IMG/VR virus record: IMGVR_UViG_3300031566_000001
Location: 79,143 to 143,142 of that record
Origin: a virus
Direction: 5' to 3' (one strand)
DNA length: 64,000 nt
The stretch's first letter is position 1. Each line of letters starts with the position of its first letter. The translations under genes and the position numbers were made by a program. A model generated the notes under the pieces. That model was not told the origin of the DNA and made no database searches. It saw only the letters and a program-made list of their open reading frames with translations. Positions 1-10,120 of this stretch are shown piece by piece.

Positions 1-865
1 GGAAAGCAACACCCTGGAGAACCTGTACGACCAGGGTGTGAACAAGGGCCGCCTCTGGGTGGACTGGGCTGATGAGAACCGCATCGAGTATGACCCCATC
101 CTGAGAGAGCAGGAGATACCCTTGTTCGTCAACGAGGCCACAAGGTTATGGTGCTACTGGGAGACGGAGCCGCGGTTCCCCTGGCAGACGGAAGCGTACT
201 ATCAGGAGCAGGCCGGGGCCTTGACGGAGCTGGAATTCCGCCGGGTACACAAGAATGAGTGGGTCACCTCGGAGGATGTTTTCGTACCTATCGAGTGGTG
301 GCACGGCTGCGCGGTGGAGACGCCCTTCCCGCCGTTGCAGTCGAGTGAGGAAGTGATCCTGGGGGTAGACGCAGCGGTCAGTGGCGATTCGTTCGCAGTG
401 GTGGGTGTCACGCGGCATCCGATGGCCCCTGGCACTCACGTGGCGGTGCGCTACAGCCGGGTATGGTACCCACCCAAGGGCGGGGAGCTGGACTTCGGCC
501 CTATCGACCAGGAGATACGGCGCTTCTGTGGGGAGCACAACGTGGTGGAGGTGGCCTACGACAAGTGGCAGCTACACAAGCTGGCCACAGACCAGGGCAA
601 GGACTACGTGGCCCACTGGAGGTCCTTCAGCCAGGGGTCCGAGCGTTTGGAGTCGGACGTACAGCTATACCAGCTCATCAGGGCCAAGGAATGCACCCAT
701 GATGGGACGCACCATGAGCTGACCCGGCACATCGCCAATGCCAATAGCAAGATGAGCAAGGAAGAGGAGACGCGGCTGCGGATTGTCAAGAGCAAACGGG
801 GCAAGATTGATGCGTGTGTGGCGCTCTCTATGGCGGCGCACCGGTGTTTATACCTGAACCTGTGA
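1..865 (+). CDS. terL: Terminase large subunit, C-terminal nuclease domain (5'-truncated by window)
   Basis: ILGVDAAVSGDSFAVV, YDKWQ and KIDACVAL motifs of the TerL RNase H-like domain; upstream of portal. Confidence 0.9.
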   Translation, partial: ESNTLENLYDQGVNKGRLWVDWADENRIEYDPILREQEIPLFVNEATRLWCYWETEPRFPWQTEAYYQEQAGALTELEFRRVHKNEWVTSEDVFVPIEWWHGCAVETPFPPLQSSEEVILGVDAAVSGDSFAVVGVTRHPMAPGTHVAVRYSRVWYPPKGGELDFGPIDQEIRRFCGEHNVVEVAYDKWQLHKLATDQGKDYVAHWRSFSQGSERLESDVQLYQLIRAKECTHDGTHHELTRHIANANSKMSKEEETRLRIVKSKRGKIDACVALSMAAHRCLYLNL

Positions 866-873
866 GGGGAGAG

Positions 874-1047
874 ATGAAGCAAGAACTCTGTCCGGTATGC
901 CGCGGTAAGAAAATAATCGTGTCCACTCATATCTCGGGGGTTCTCTCCCAGAGGAAGTGCTCAGCCTGCGGTGGCACGGGAATCGTCAAGCCGAAGACCT
1001 GCAACATGCCCCCAGGATCGTGTGGGGGCTGCCCAGGTCGGTTCTAA
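874..1047 (+). CDS. Small DnaJ-type zinc-finger protein
   Basis: CPVCRGKK and CSACGGTG CxxCxGxG-like repeats; purine-rich RBS before ATG 874. Confidence 0.55.
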   Translation: MKQELCPVCRGKKIIVSTHISGVLSQRKCSACGGTGIVKPKTCNMPPGSCGGCPGRF

Positions 1048-1077
1048 GGCGCTTAAAGCTGAGATGAGGGGTATCCC

Positions 1078-1635
1078 ATGTCTAACACGGTAATCATTGC
1101 GGGCAGGAACTACACTGACCCAGATAGGCCAGCACAGGCTCCGCACATTGACGCGGACGGTACTGCGTATATCAGGACGCTGGGTCAGAGTGACGTGGTG
1201 ATGCTGTCCGAACCAGCATTGGCTGCCGCCAGGGCGGGGACAGCATTCTGCCACAAGGTGAACAGTAAGGTGGGCATCAATGGTGCGCCAACGGTGCTGA
1301 CGGATGCGGGCCTGCTCAGGACAACGACTGCAGGCTACAGGGACGTTATCACTTGCCTCTATGCCTATCTGAGCACATTCAGCGATTCGTGTGAGTTTGA
1401 GATAGGCTACACGGCAAACGCGGATGGCACGGGGGCATTTACGGCGATGACGATGATGTTTGGCCTTGATACTGGCGCTGCCTCTTCGGTGCCTTCACCA
1501 AGCCTTACGATGCTTAGCCCACCCATTGTCATCACACCAGCCATGGGCGGGGCATGGACTATCAGGGCACAGACCAATGATGCAGGTGCAACGGTGACAT
1601 TCGGCATAAACGGCTGGCGCGAGCTTATCACCTAA
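1078..1635 (+). CDS. Hypothetical virion-associated protein
   Basis: 185 aa ORF with RBS, between terL and portal; A/G/T-rich beta-strand-like sequence. Confidence 0.6.
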   Translation: MSNTVIIAGRNYTDPDRPAQAPHIDADGTAYIRTLGQSDVVMLSEPALAAARAGTAFCHKVNSKVGINGAPTVLTDAGLLRTTTAGYRDVITCLYAYLSTFSDSCEFEIGYTANADGTGAFTAMTMMFGLDTGAASSVPSPSLTMLSPPIVITPAMGGAWTIRAQTNDAGATVTFGINGWRELIT

Positions 1636-1637
1636 TT

Positions 1638-1680
1638 CTTTGCCAGCAAAGGAAACGCTGGCCTAGCCTTTTGTGCAAAA
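1638..1680 (-). promoter_or_regulatory. Double-palindrome site (inverted copy)
   Basis: CTTTGC-CA-GCAAAG, 17 nt, TTTTGTGCAAAA; directly before RBS of 1691. Confidence 0.7.
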
Positions 1681-1690
1681 GGGGAGAACG

Positions 1691-2086
1691 ATGGCGAGAG
1701 TAGAGATAGCGGGACACGGCCAGGATAGCAATACGCCCATCGGTGCGGTATTCAGTGAGCAGGGCATCATCGTGCCGCCTTATGATGACTTGGTTAGTTA
1801 CGGGCCGACCGATGCGCCCGCTGTCAACAAGGCGATATACACGCCCAGTGCCAGCTTCCGGTTCATCCCTCAGTTGGTTGTGATGTCCTGTGAGGGGGCA
1901 CAGATCTTCACTTTCGCCTGCGGGACCTGGCACATGACCATTTACATCTCTGGGCAGTCAGGGGGCACGGAGGTCATTCCCTTCGTCGGTGGGGGCCTGC
2001 GGCTGGCACGGCTGCCGTTGTTATTGACTACGCCCAACGCGGTGAATCACTACGTGGGCTTCATGGGTAGGCAGGTGGTGGAATAG
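1691..2086 (+). CDS. Hypothetical virion-associated protein
   Basis: GGGGAG RBS then ATG 1691; N-terminal IAG motif shared with neighbours. Confidence 0.6.
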   Translation: MARVEIAGHGQDSNTPIGAVFSEQGIIVPPYDDLVSYGPTDAPAVNKAIYTPSASFRFIPQLVVMSCEGAQIFTFACGTWHMTIYISGQSGGTEVIPFVGGGLRLARLPLLLTTPNAVNHYVGFMGRQVVE

Positions 2087-2093
2087 GGGGCGC

Positions 2094-2495
2094 ATGATGA
2101 GCATAGCACAAACGGTACTGATAGCAGGTAGAGGAGCGGACGGGACACCTCAGGTTATTGAGGTAACTGTTGGGGGTGCATTGCCGGTCAGCGCATCGGC
2201 GGCGGACAACCCTACCTATCCTCTGGTGCGGAACCTGACCCTGACCCTGGCTAATACGGAATATGCACAGGTTCTCCCTGCTAACTGTCGGTCCTTCGAG
2301 TTTCATTGCCGCACGGCCAACGATATTCGGTTTGCGTTCGAGCCGGGGCGTGTCGGCCCACCGGCGGCGCCGTACATGACCTTGCCCTCTGGCTTGTGGT
2401 ACTACTCCGAGGAGGTCTACTTGCAACCAGTGTGGACCCTCTACTTCGCCAGCGCGGTTGCCGCCGTGGTGGTGGAACTCATAGGGTGGACGTAA
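2094..2495 (+). CDS. Hypothetical virion-associated protein
   Basis: 133 aa ORF, tightly packed in operon. Confidence 0.6.
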   Translation: MMSIAQTVLIAGRGADGTPQVIEVTVGGALPVSASAADNPTYPLVRNLTLTLANTEYAQVLPANCRSFEFHCRTANDIRFAFEPGRVGPPAAPYMTLPSGLWYYSEEVYLQPVWTLYFASAVAAVVVELIGWT

Positions 2496-2496
2496 G

Positions 2497-3570
2497 ATGC
2501 CGGTAAGGGGTGGCGCGGGCCTTCTAGCGGCCTTGCTGGAGACGGGGCAGATAACGCCCTACAGCTTCTTCGATGATGGGAGCTACGAGGCGGGCGTAGC
2601 CAAAGCCTATACCGTCAACGCCCTGGCGGGCAACACCGATATTGAGGTCGCCCACTACGCGGCGGGTACGCTCAGCTTCACCGCGCCCGGCACCATAGCG
2701 GATGCTGCAAATGGGCTGGCGGGCTGGGCGGTGAATGACCGCATGGTCATCAAGGGTAGTGGCTCCAACGACGGTGAGGTTACAGTCACGGGCATCGGTG
2801 GAGCACCGGCGAACCTGACCATCTCTGCGGCGGTGAATGAGCTGGCAGGGGCCATGACCTCATTGTATAAGGTGGCTGCGCACTCAAACAACGTCGTCAC
2901 GGACACCAACACGGGGTTAATGTGGAGCCGCAACACCTCCACAGGTGAGGCCGTAGGGCCGATGAGCAACGGTCTATTGAACTGGTACAACGTGGCGACG
3001 GACTGTGCAATCTATGCTGGGGTTAACACCGTGAGTGTGATAATGCCCGGCAATATCTTCCGCGTCATCGGAGGGGCCGCCTTGACCCAATTTCATATCG
3101 GGGACTGCATCATGGCGGCGGGGTTCGTCAACGGGGTCAACAATCTCCCCAATGCCTATGTGGTGAGCGCCACACCTAATGGTGCCGATTTGGACATCGT
3201 TGTGGACCCCGGCAATCAGGTCTTGATAGCTGAGGGCGCAGTAGGCGACTGGATTTATCTCAATTGCCAGTCCATCTTCAACTATGCGGCGGGGGCACGG
3301 CTGGGGAGCGTGGGCACGTACACGGATTGGCGAGTGCCAAATCGGGTCGAGATTATGGGCCTTGTTGGAATGGAAGCAGGGGCAGTATTGCCTGATGTAC
3401 TCGCATTCCCTGGCTGGCCCGCAGCGCCTATTTGGCAGTCAACCACCTGCCCAGGACAGATACTAGCCGCCTGGAGAATCGATTTGGCGGCGGGCATTAA
3501 CCAAGGGCAAGCGTTAAGGATAGCCAAGGCTGCGAATGGTATCACTGCCCTTGTGAGGCTAGGAACATGA
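2497..3570 (+). CDS. DUF1566/Lcl-domain protein (putative adhesin/decoration)
   Basis: VVTDTNTGLMW and YTDWRVPNRVEI motifs typical of DUF1566. Confidence 0.7.
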   Translation: MPVRGGAGLLAALLETGQITPYSFFDDGSYEAGVAKAYTVNALAGNTDIEVAHYAAGTLSFTAPGTIADAANGLAGWAVNDRMVIKGSGSNDGEVTVTGIGGAPANLTISAAVNELAGAMTSLYKVAAHSNNVVTDTNTGLMWSRNTSTGEAVGPMSNGLLNWYNVATDCAIYAGVNTVSVIMPGNIFRVIGGAALTQFHIGDCIMAAGFVNGVNNLPNAYVVSATPNGADLDIVVDPGNQVLIAEGAVGDWIYLNCQSIFNYAAGARLGSVGTYTDWRVPNRVEIMGLVGMEAGAVLPDVLAFPGWPAAPIWQSTTCPGQILAAWRIDLAAGINQGQALRIAKAANGITALVRLGT

Positions 3571-4124
3571 TAGACCTGCAATCTAAGACGCTGGACGAAC
3601 TCAGGGCGATGGACAAAGAGGACATCATCAAGGCCATCTTCGAGGGCGAGACTTACAGCGACCCTCATTTGGTCAAGGACCAGTTTGGCAACAACGTGGA
3701 GCTGGTTGATGAGATTCGCCAGAAGTACGACGGCAACCTGGTGGGGCGGCGCGTTGTCAGGTGGACCTATCACGACGCTAAAGAGGGCATTGTCAACGAA
3801 ATCATCACTGAGGACGGCAAGGTGAGGGATATGGTCACCCACCCGCTAGACGGCAGGCAGCCTACGCTCAGGAGGGTGCCCATTGCGGAGCCGGTGCCGC
3901 TGGAGGAGCTGGGCGGCATGGGCGGCGCGGCTGTTGTGCCGGAACCAGTGCTGCCGGAGCCGGAGCCGCTTATCTTGCCGGTGCCCCTTCGAGCTGTAGA
4001 GGTCACACCGGAGCCGGTTATCACTGAAGAGCCAGCTATCATCGAGGCACCGCTGACCAAGTGGCAGCGGTTCAAGAAGCGGGCGGAGCGCATCATCTTC
4101 CTGCTACCGGACGACGTAGTATAA
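3567..4124 (+). CDS. Hypothetical protein with Pro/Glu-rich linker
   Basis: ATGA-coupled to upstream gene. Confidence 0.6.
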   Translation: MIDLQSKTLDELRAMDKEDIIKAIFEGETYSDPHLVKDQFGNNVELVDEIRQKYDGNLVGRRVVRWTYHDAKEGIVNEIITEDGKVRDMVTHPLDGRQPTLRRVPIAEPVPLEELGGMGGAAVVPEPVLPEPEPLILPVPLRAVEVTPEPVITEEPAIIEAPLTKWQRFKKRAERIIFLLPDDVV

Positions 4125-4133
4125 GGGGAAGGC

Positions 4134-6359
4134 ATGGCTAAGAAGAAGCGCAGACCGGAGCCGACCAAAGAAGAGGTCATCCTGGAAGAGGACGCTAAGG
4201 TCGCCAAGCCGCCTGCAGACATTGCGGCTGCGGCCAGGGCCTCCGTGCAGGAAACGGCCCCGACGGGCTGGGGTGGTTCTCAGATATTCCTGTTCCAGAT
4301 GGCGCTCAAGGCAGATGAGGCCCCCTTGTGGTGGACCGTGCAGCGTGACGCGTGGCTGCGTTCATTCTGGCAGACTGCACCTTTCTTACCGGGGGTCATT
4401 TACTCTATAGCGGCCCGCAATGCAGCCTTCCGATTTGAGTTCACTGGTCCGGAGGAGCAGGTTCAATATTCTAAGGACCTGTGTGCTCAGGCAGACCTTG
4501 GAGCGGGCTGGCAGTCGTTTGTGATGAAGCTCACGCAGGACTTGCTTACACAAGATAATGGTGCATTTATCGAGGTCATTCGGCCTGCCAGGGTACGCAC
4601 TAAGAAGGGATTACTCCAGGCGGTCAAGGCCCGCGGCTCAGATGGGGAGATGGAATGGTTCCAGGTGTACCGCAATCAGATAGAACCCATTGACCTGGAG
4701 GAGTACAAGGTTGAGGACTCGCCGGTGGACCAACCTCTGGGTATTGCACATCTGGATGCAGGACGGTGCCAGAGGACGGGGGATATTGATTATCCTGTAG
4801 TCTACACAGACCGCAAGAATCAGAAACACAAATTGGCCTGGTGGCAAGTTATCACTCTAGAGGACATGCCCAGCCCTCAAGAGGACATGAACAATGTGGG
4901 CTTCTGCGCGGTGTCTCGGATACTGAGGGCGGCGCAGATACTACGAGACGTTGCAATCTACAAGCAGGAGAAGGTTTCAGGGCGTTTTGCGGGTTCTGTG
5001 TGGGTGACTAATGTGGATGCAACTCGTGTCACGGATGCGGTGAAACAGGCCAAGGTGAATGCGGACCAGTTGGGGTTGTCTCGATATATGCCGCCTATCA
5101 TCGCCTCACTTTTGGATCCCCAGGCCGATCCCAAAGCCATAGAGATAGCCCTAGCTTCTTTGCCCGATGGCTTCGATGAAGAGGTTGCTCTGCGGTGGTA
5201 CATTACGGAGCTGGCGCTGGGCACGGGCACGGATTACACCTACCTGGCCCCATTGCCGGGGCAGGGGCTGGGTACGGCTACTCAGGTAGAGACCATGGCC
5301 CGGCAGACCAAGGGCAAGAGTTCAAGAATATTTATGAACACGTTGGAGTTCAAGTTCCGGTATCATCGACTGCTGCCGGGTCAGGTAGACATGAACTTTG
5401 TGGAGGTAGATGCAGAGGAGCAGGAGACCAAGGATGCGGCAACGCAGCGCCGGGCTGAGACGAGAGCTATATGTATCCAGAGCGGGGAGATCACCCCGCA
5501 GGTGGCCCGTCAGATCGCAGTGGACCAGGGGGACCTGGAGCCGGACTACCTGGATATGATGGAGGAAGAGGAAGTTACGTCAGAGGTCACGGAAGAGCCG
5601 GAGGAGTCACCCGGCGGGTTTGAGCCGGGGGATGTGACCGAAGAGCCAGAGGAGAAAGGGGTCTGGGCACGGCTCAAGGCCCTGGGGGATCGGCTGCAGC
5701 TCAGACGTCGGAACTCCGGCTACGAGGGCAAGGTCAACGCCTATGCTGAGAAGTTGATAACAGCCTACGATGAGTGGGCGCAGAAGTGGGCCAAGCGCAT
5801 CGCCGGGGCCTCCTTGATAGATCGGGATGTGTTTATCAGGGATGCGGCTAATGAGATAGATGACATCATGCAGGAGATCGCCCTCAAGGGTCTACCGGAG
5901 GCCTACGCGCTGGGCCTAGAAGAGGAGGAGCTGACTCAGGATGGTGCGCTGGCCGTAGAGGCGTATACGGACCGCAACCTGCGCTTCCTGGAGTTCAGCT
6001 TGAACCCTGACGTGCAGACCAAGCTCAAGGGGTTGGGCGATGAGGGGTTGAAGGATGCAGGGGCCGTGCTGGGTGTCCTGGGTACGTTCAGGGGCCGTGT
6101 AGCGACGTATGCGGGGCCGTACTGGGTAATGGTATGGAAGGGTACAGAAGAGCGTGCCAAGGCGCAGGGGCAGGCACAGGAGCGTGTGATACCCGTCACA
6201 CGGCATCTGGACGACAGGGCTGAGCACTGTGATACCTGCCCGCCCAAGGCCGGGGCGTACAAGTCCTGGGCGGAGATGATTGCAGAGTGCGGCGGGGTCC
6301 CGGCGGATTCTTCGGATTCATGTGGCTGTAATTGTCGCTGCTGGATCACGCTAGGATAG
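4134..6359 (+). CDS. Portal protein with C-terminal head-morphogenesis (Mu gpF/SPP1 gp7-like) region
   Basis: Position after terL; LTQDLLTQDNGAFIEV portal-like motif; acidic linker; C-terminal HCDTC...CGCNCRC. Confidence 0.8.
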   Translation: MAKKKRRPEPTKEEVILEEDAKVAKPPADIAAAARASVQETAPTGWGGSQIFLFQMALKADEAPLWWTVQRDAWLRSFWQTAPFLPGVIYSIAARNAAFRFEFTGPEEQVQYSKDLCAQADLGAGWQSFVMKLTQDLLTQDNGAFIEVIRPARVRTKKGLLQAVKARGSDGEMEWFQVYRNQIEPIDLEEYKVEDSPVDQPLGIAHLDAGRCQRTGDIDYPVVYTDRKNQKHKLAWWQVITLEDMPSPQEDMNNVGFCAVSRILRAAQILRDVAIYKQEKVSGRFAGSVWVTNVDATRVTDAVKQAKVNADQLGLSRYMPPIIASLLDPQADPKAIEIALASLPDGFDEEVALRWYITELALGTGTDYTYLAPLPGQGLGTATQVETMARQTKGKSSRIFMNTLEFKFRYHRLLPGQVDMNFVEVDAEEQETKDAATQRRAETRAICIQSGEITPQVARQIAVDQGDLEPDYLDMMEEEEVTSEVTEEPEESPGGFEPGDVTEEPEEKGVWARLKALGDRLQLRRRNSGYEGKVNAYAEKLITAYDEWAQKWAKRIAGASLIDRDVFIRDAANEIDDIMQEIALKGLPEAYALGLEEEELTQDGALAVEAYTDRNLRFLEFSLNPDVQTKLKGLGDEGLKDAGAVLGVLGTFRGRVATYAGPYWVMVWKGTEERAKAQGQAQERVIPVTRHLDDRAEHCDTCPPKAGAYKSWAEMIAECGGVPADSSDSCGCNCRCWITLG

Positions 6360-6372
6360 ATTGGAGGGCACA

Positions 6373-6810
6373 ATGGTTGCCGACAATTCTGAATCCGCTA
6401 AGGCCGAAGTTACTATCTATGCTTTCCATCATCCTGATTGGAAGCGTGATGAACCAGGTTCATGGATATATGTTGGTCACACTGCCCGTGAGCTACAAGA
6501 GAGACTCAGAGAACACTTAGAGGCTGCCGATAATGGTAGTACAAGTCCTTGGCCTATGATTGATCACCTGCGTGAATTGCTGAATGAGGACAGGATGCCA
6601 GTAGGAGGTATTTTAGAAACCTGTCCGTATGAACTTCGGTATTCTGCGGAAGCCTACTGGATTTGTATACTCAAAACAGAGGGGCATAATGTTGTCAACG
6701 GTGGCGGCCGAGAAGTAATGATAGCTCTTGATTGGGCTATTCAGATTGCCACCGAATTTCAAGAAGCAGGAAATTCTTGGGCACATTATGCCCTTAGGAG
6801 ATTACAATGA
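6373..6810 (+). CDS. GIY-YIG family endonuclease
   Basis: TIYAF...WIYVGHT...ERLREH; visibly more AT-rich than flanks. Confidence 0.7.
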   Translation: MVADNSESAKAEVTIYAFHHPDWKRDEPGSWIYVGHTARELQERLREHLEAADNGSTSPWPMIDHLRELLNEDRMPVGGILETCPYELRYSAEAYWICILKTEGHNVVNGGGREVMIALDWAIQIATEFQEAGNSWAHYALRRLQ

Positions 6811-6989
6811 CAAAGAGCATAGACATTCCCATAGCGAGCGTCACTAAGGACCTCACCGTCCAGGTGAACCTTACAGGCTTCCGCCAGTGGCACCTGCGGC
6901 TGCGTGTGGGTATGGTCCTGATGCGGCTCGCCATCTGGATATCAGGTATGGGATGCAATGTGGAGGAACCGGTAAACGATGCCCCCTAG
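6807..6989 (+). CDS. Small hypothetical protein
   Basis: ATGA overlap, AGGAG RBS. Confidence 0.5.
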   Translation: MTKSIDIPIASVTKDLTVQVNLTGFRQWHLRLRVGMVLMRLAIWISGMGCNVEEPVNDAP

Positions 6990-7476
6990 AATCAGGCTTG
7001 AGCGCATCGGGTCTGATAAACCCATTGTGGATACCAAGAAGTTCGTCAGGGGCCTGGTGCGGGCCGTGGATGATACCGTGGCCATCGTGGAGAGCAACTT
7101 CAAGGCCACTACAAGAACCTGGAAGCACCAGGTCCGGTTCAAGCGCCGCAGAGCCACCAGGCGGGGTGATACCATCGAGGGTGACGTGACCACGAACGAT
7201 GAGATATACGGTTACGTCTCAGGGGGTACACGGAGGCATTTCGTGCGGCCCCGTCGAGCTAAGGCACTGCGATTCAGGGGTGGCAAGTATGGAGCCAAGA
7301 CACGCCCCAGGGTTTTGGGATCACGCAAGGGTGGTGGTCGGGGTGCGTTTGTGTTCTCTAAAGGGCATTGGGTGAAGGGCATCAAGGCTAGGGAGTTCCC
7401 GCAAGAGATCGCCAAGCGGCGCCAAAGGAACCTGCACAACTTCGTCATCAGGGCATACGCGGAGGCCAGAGGGTGA
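6979..7476 (+). CDS. Basic neck/morphogenesis protein (HK97 gp10-like)
   Basis: YGYVSGGTRRHFVRPRRAKALRF motif seen in phage gp10-like proteins. Confidence 0.55.
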   Translation: MPPRIRLERIGSDKPIVDTKKFVRGLVRAVDDTVAIVESNFKATTRTWKHQVRFKRRRATRRGDTIEGDVTTNDEIYGYVSGGTRRHFVRPRRAKALRFRGGKYGAKTRPRVLGSRKGGGRGAFVFSKGHWVKGIKAREFPQEIAKRRQRNLHNFVIRAYAEARG

Positions 7477-7622
7477 ACAGCAAAGACCGCAAGCTGCTGA
7501 TGGAACAACGCAGGGCTTTGTTGCTACAGGTAGACGCTATTGAGCGCAGGGTGGGGATTGCACCCACGACAGCAGACTTGCGTAAGCAAACGAAATGTGA
7601 TAAGGTTGTTGTCAAACCATAA
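7473..7622 (+). CDS. 49-aa hypothetical protein (not in ORF track)
   Basis: GGAGG RBS, GTG start overlapping upstream stop; MNSKDRKLLMEQRRALLLQVDAIERRVG. Confidence 0.5.
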   Translation: MNSKDRKLLMEQRRALLLQVDAIERRVGIAPTTADLRKQTKCDKVVVKP

Positions 7623-7640
7623 GAAGGCTTCCCGAGAGGC

Positions 7641-7699
7641 ACGCCGTTCACCATGCGGTCACCGCGCAAGCGACCACCGCAGGAGGGCGGCGTTTCTTT
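7641..7699 (+). promoter_or_regulatory. Structured leader/terminator-like hairpin before head protease gene
   Basis: ACGCCGTTC/GGGCGGCGT outer stem, inner TGCGGT/ACCGCA and CGC-GCAA-GCG; AGGAGG overlaps the stems; followed by TTCTTT. Confidence 0.5.
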
Positions 7700-10120
7700 A
7701 TGAGACCACCGGGATTGTACCTCAAACCACCACACGGGGAGCTGTCCTTCACCGGGGTCAAGACCGCGCTGGCCAAGGCCCGCGACTTCAGTTTTGAGGG
7801 GCCTTACACGCTGTGCTCAGGGCCGTTTGCCTATGGTGAGCTAGCGTTGTCCGAGCCGGAGGTGGTGGGCGTTGAGGAGTTCGATGCCCGGTTCAGCGAG
7901 CACAGGGTCTCAGTCAAAGAGCGCCGCAAGTGGTGGCCGGACTCAGAGCAATTGTACCTGTATGCCTACAACGGTTGGGTGCCCTATGAGTCACCGCAGC
8001 GGGTCGATGTACCTGCTCAGGTGCAGACATTGATGGGGCCGGTGGAGTTCGTAAAGGCCGAAGGAGGGGTGGACATGGGACAGGGAGTAACCATCAACTA
8101 TCACTATAACACTGATGCGCCAGCGGAGTCGGGCGTTGTTAAAGACTTCAAGTTGCTGAAGGCCATGGCCGGGGATGGTGAGGCTATCAAGGCACTGACC
8201 GGGGACAACAGTGAAGAGACGAAGGTATGGAAGCCCTCGGATGCGCCATCGCACACAGAAGCGGCGGATACCCCGAAGAAGCGGAACCAGTGGGCCGGGG
8301 CGGCCAATGGAGCGCGGGAGACCTGCCTGGACAAGATAGACGGTACGCCCACAAAGGCACAAGTCGATGCTTGTGAGGCCAGCGCCATCCGGATAGCCAA
8401 CGCAGCGGTCAAGAGTGCGGAGATTCAGGATTCCCGTAGCGAGAAGGGTGAGTTGAGCCTGTCAGATATCCAGAGCATGATGTGGACGGCTTTGTCTCCT
8501 AGTGAAGATAGCAAGCCGTACGTTCAGGACATAGACATCTATGACAATTATGTCACGTACAAGCTGGAGGGTATGGACTACCTACGCGTCTATACGATTG
8601 TGGATGGGAAGCTCCAGATGGGTGAGGCTACTGAGATTGAGTACGTGATACGGCCCAAAGTAGAGGTATTGGGCAAGGGTTACAAGGCGGAGCTGGTCCA
8701 GGAGTTCGATGCTTTGGAACTGGGCGACAAGTCCCTGGGTGATGATGAGAAGGCCGCTTTGACCTCTGCGCAGCGCAAGGCACTCCCCAACAGTTCCTTC
8801 GCCTGGATCGAGACCGGTGAGGGCTGTGAGAAGGTGGACGGCAAGACACCGGAGAAGTGCCGCCACCTCCCCTACAAGAAGGCGGACGGGAGCCTAGACT
8901 GTGCCAGGGTGCGCAATGCCAGGGCCAGAATACCGCAGATGAGCGGTGTGCCCCAGGCCGCTAAGGACAAGATCGAGGGAGCACAGAAGAAGTGCACCGA
9001 GGAGAAGAGTTTACCAGCGTCATTGAGAGCCCAGGCTAACAAGGCACTTGAGGGCATGGTGGGCCTGTGGAGGGCTGTGACCGGCGATGACAAGCTCTTA
9101 GAGGGTGAGACCGGGTTCAAGGCATTTAAGGGTACAGACGGCAAGACCTACATCCTCACATGGACCACTAATGCCTTCATGGACCGGGATGGTGAGATAT
9201 TCACCACCAAGTCCATCGAGGACTACGCGGACCGGGCCTGGCAGGAGATCAAGGCCACGGGCAGCAAGGGGCAATATGACTGCTGGCACATACCCGGCAG
9301 TGAATTCGCTGACATCACGTGGGCCGGAGCAGAGGGCCGGTACCTGGTGGAGATGGGCACCTTCCATGACGATGAGGTGGGGAAGGTGTTTGAGAAATTC
9401 TTCACGGAGTGCCCAGAGGCCCAGAAAGAGATTGCCCCTGACGGCTGGGGGGTCTCTCATAAGTTCACTTTCAAGCCTGGGGACCGGGACGATGGGGTGT
9501 TTGACTGGTTTGACAAGAGCCGTACTTCGGTTCTGTCAATTCGCCGGGCTGCCAATCCGTACACAGCTATGGAGGTGCTTCAGATGAGTTTGGATGAAGA
9601 GCAAATCAACGTACTCAAGACGATTGGTGAGGCCGCGGACGTGGACTTGCTGGGCATGGTGCAGAAGGCCGGAGCCGCATCCAAGACCCTTGAGGAGGCC
9701 GGAGTGGCCCACAAGAGCGCCGATGAGAAGCCTGCGGGGGAGCAGGAGCCAACCAATGAAGATAGTGATGAGACCGCCGACGTGCCGGTCGATGATGTAG
9801 CGCAGCGCGTGGCCGAGATCATGGGTATGAAGGAGCTGAGCGTGTTGCTCCAGAAGTTTGATGGGCGCCTGACCGCTGTGGAGCAGGGTGACGAGGAACA
9901 GAAGAAGCGCCTGGCCGAAGTGGAGAAGGACGATACGGCTAGGTTGAGCGAGAAGCAAGCCTGGCGGCCAAATGTGGTGTGGCTCCGTCCCTCCACGGCT
10001 GACGGCACTCTCCTTGACGAGAGCAAGGATTTAGCCGACAAGAAGCCGATGACTCCCAAGGCCATTGATCACGTCTCTGATGTGGTATTGGGAAGACCGG
10101 CACCGGGAGGTAAGACATAA
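7700..10120 (+). CDS. Multi-domain prohead protease/scaffold protein
   Basis: Directly upstream of MCP; TNAFMDRDGEIF protease-like motif; coiled-coil C-terminus; extra N-terminal domains. Confidence 0.7.
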   Translation: MRPPGLYLKPPHGELSFTGVKTALAKARDFSFEGPYTLCSGPFAYGELALSEPEVVGVEEFDARFSEHRVSVKERRKWWPDSEQLYLYAYNGWVPYESPQRVDVPAQVQTLMGPVEFVKAEGGVDMGQGVTINYHYNTDAPAESGVVKDFKLLKAMAGDGEAIKALTGDNSEETKVWKPSDAPSHTEAADTPKKRNQWAGAANGARETCLDKIDGTPTKAQVDACEASAIRIANAAVKSAEIQDSRSEKGELSLSDIQSMMWTALSPSEDSKPYVQDIDIYDNYVTYKLEGMDYLRVYTIVDGKLQMGEATEIEYVIRPKVEVLGKGYKAELVQEFDALELGDKSLGDDEKAALTSAQRKALPNSSFAWIETGEGCEKVDGKTPEKCRHLPYKKADGSLDCARVRNARARIPQMSGVPQAAKDKIEGAQKKCTEEKSLPASLRAQANKALEGMVGLWRAVTGDDKLLEGETGFKAFKGTDGKTYILTWTTNAFMDRDGEIFTTKSIEDYADRAWQEIKATGSKGQYDCWHIPGSEFADITWAGAEGRYLVEMGTFHDDEVGKVFEKFFTECPEAQKEIAPDGWGVSHKFTFKPGDRDDGVFDWFDKSRTSVLSIRRAANPYTAMEVLQMSLDEEQINVLKTIGEAADVDLLGMVQKAGAASKTLEEAGVAHKSADEKPAGEQEPTNEDSDETADVPVDDVAQRVAEIMGMKELSVLLQKFDGRLTAVEQGDEEQKKRLAEVEKDDTARLSEKQAWRPNVVWLRPSTADGTLLDESKDLADKKPMTPKAIDHVSDVVLGRPAPGGKT

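Noticed and set aside
2497-3570. Diversity-generating retroelement target
   Set aside because: No reverse transcriptase or template repeat seen in the window
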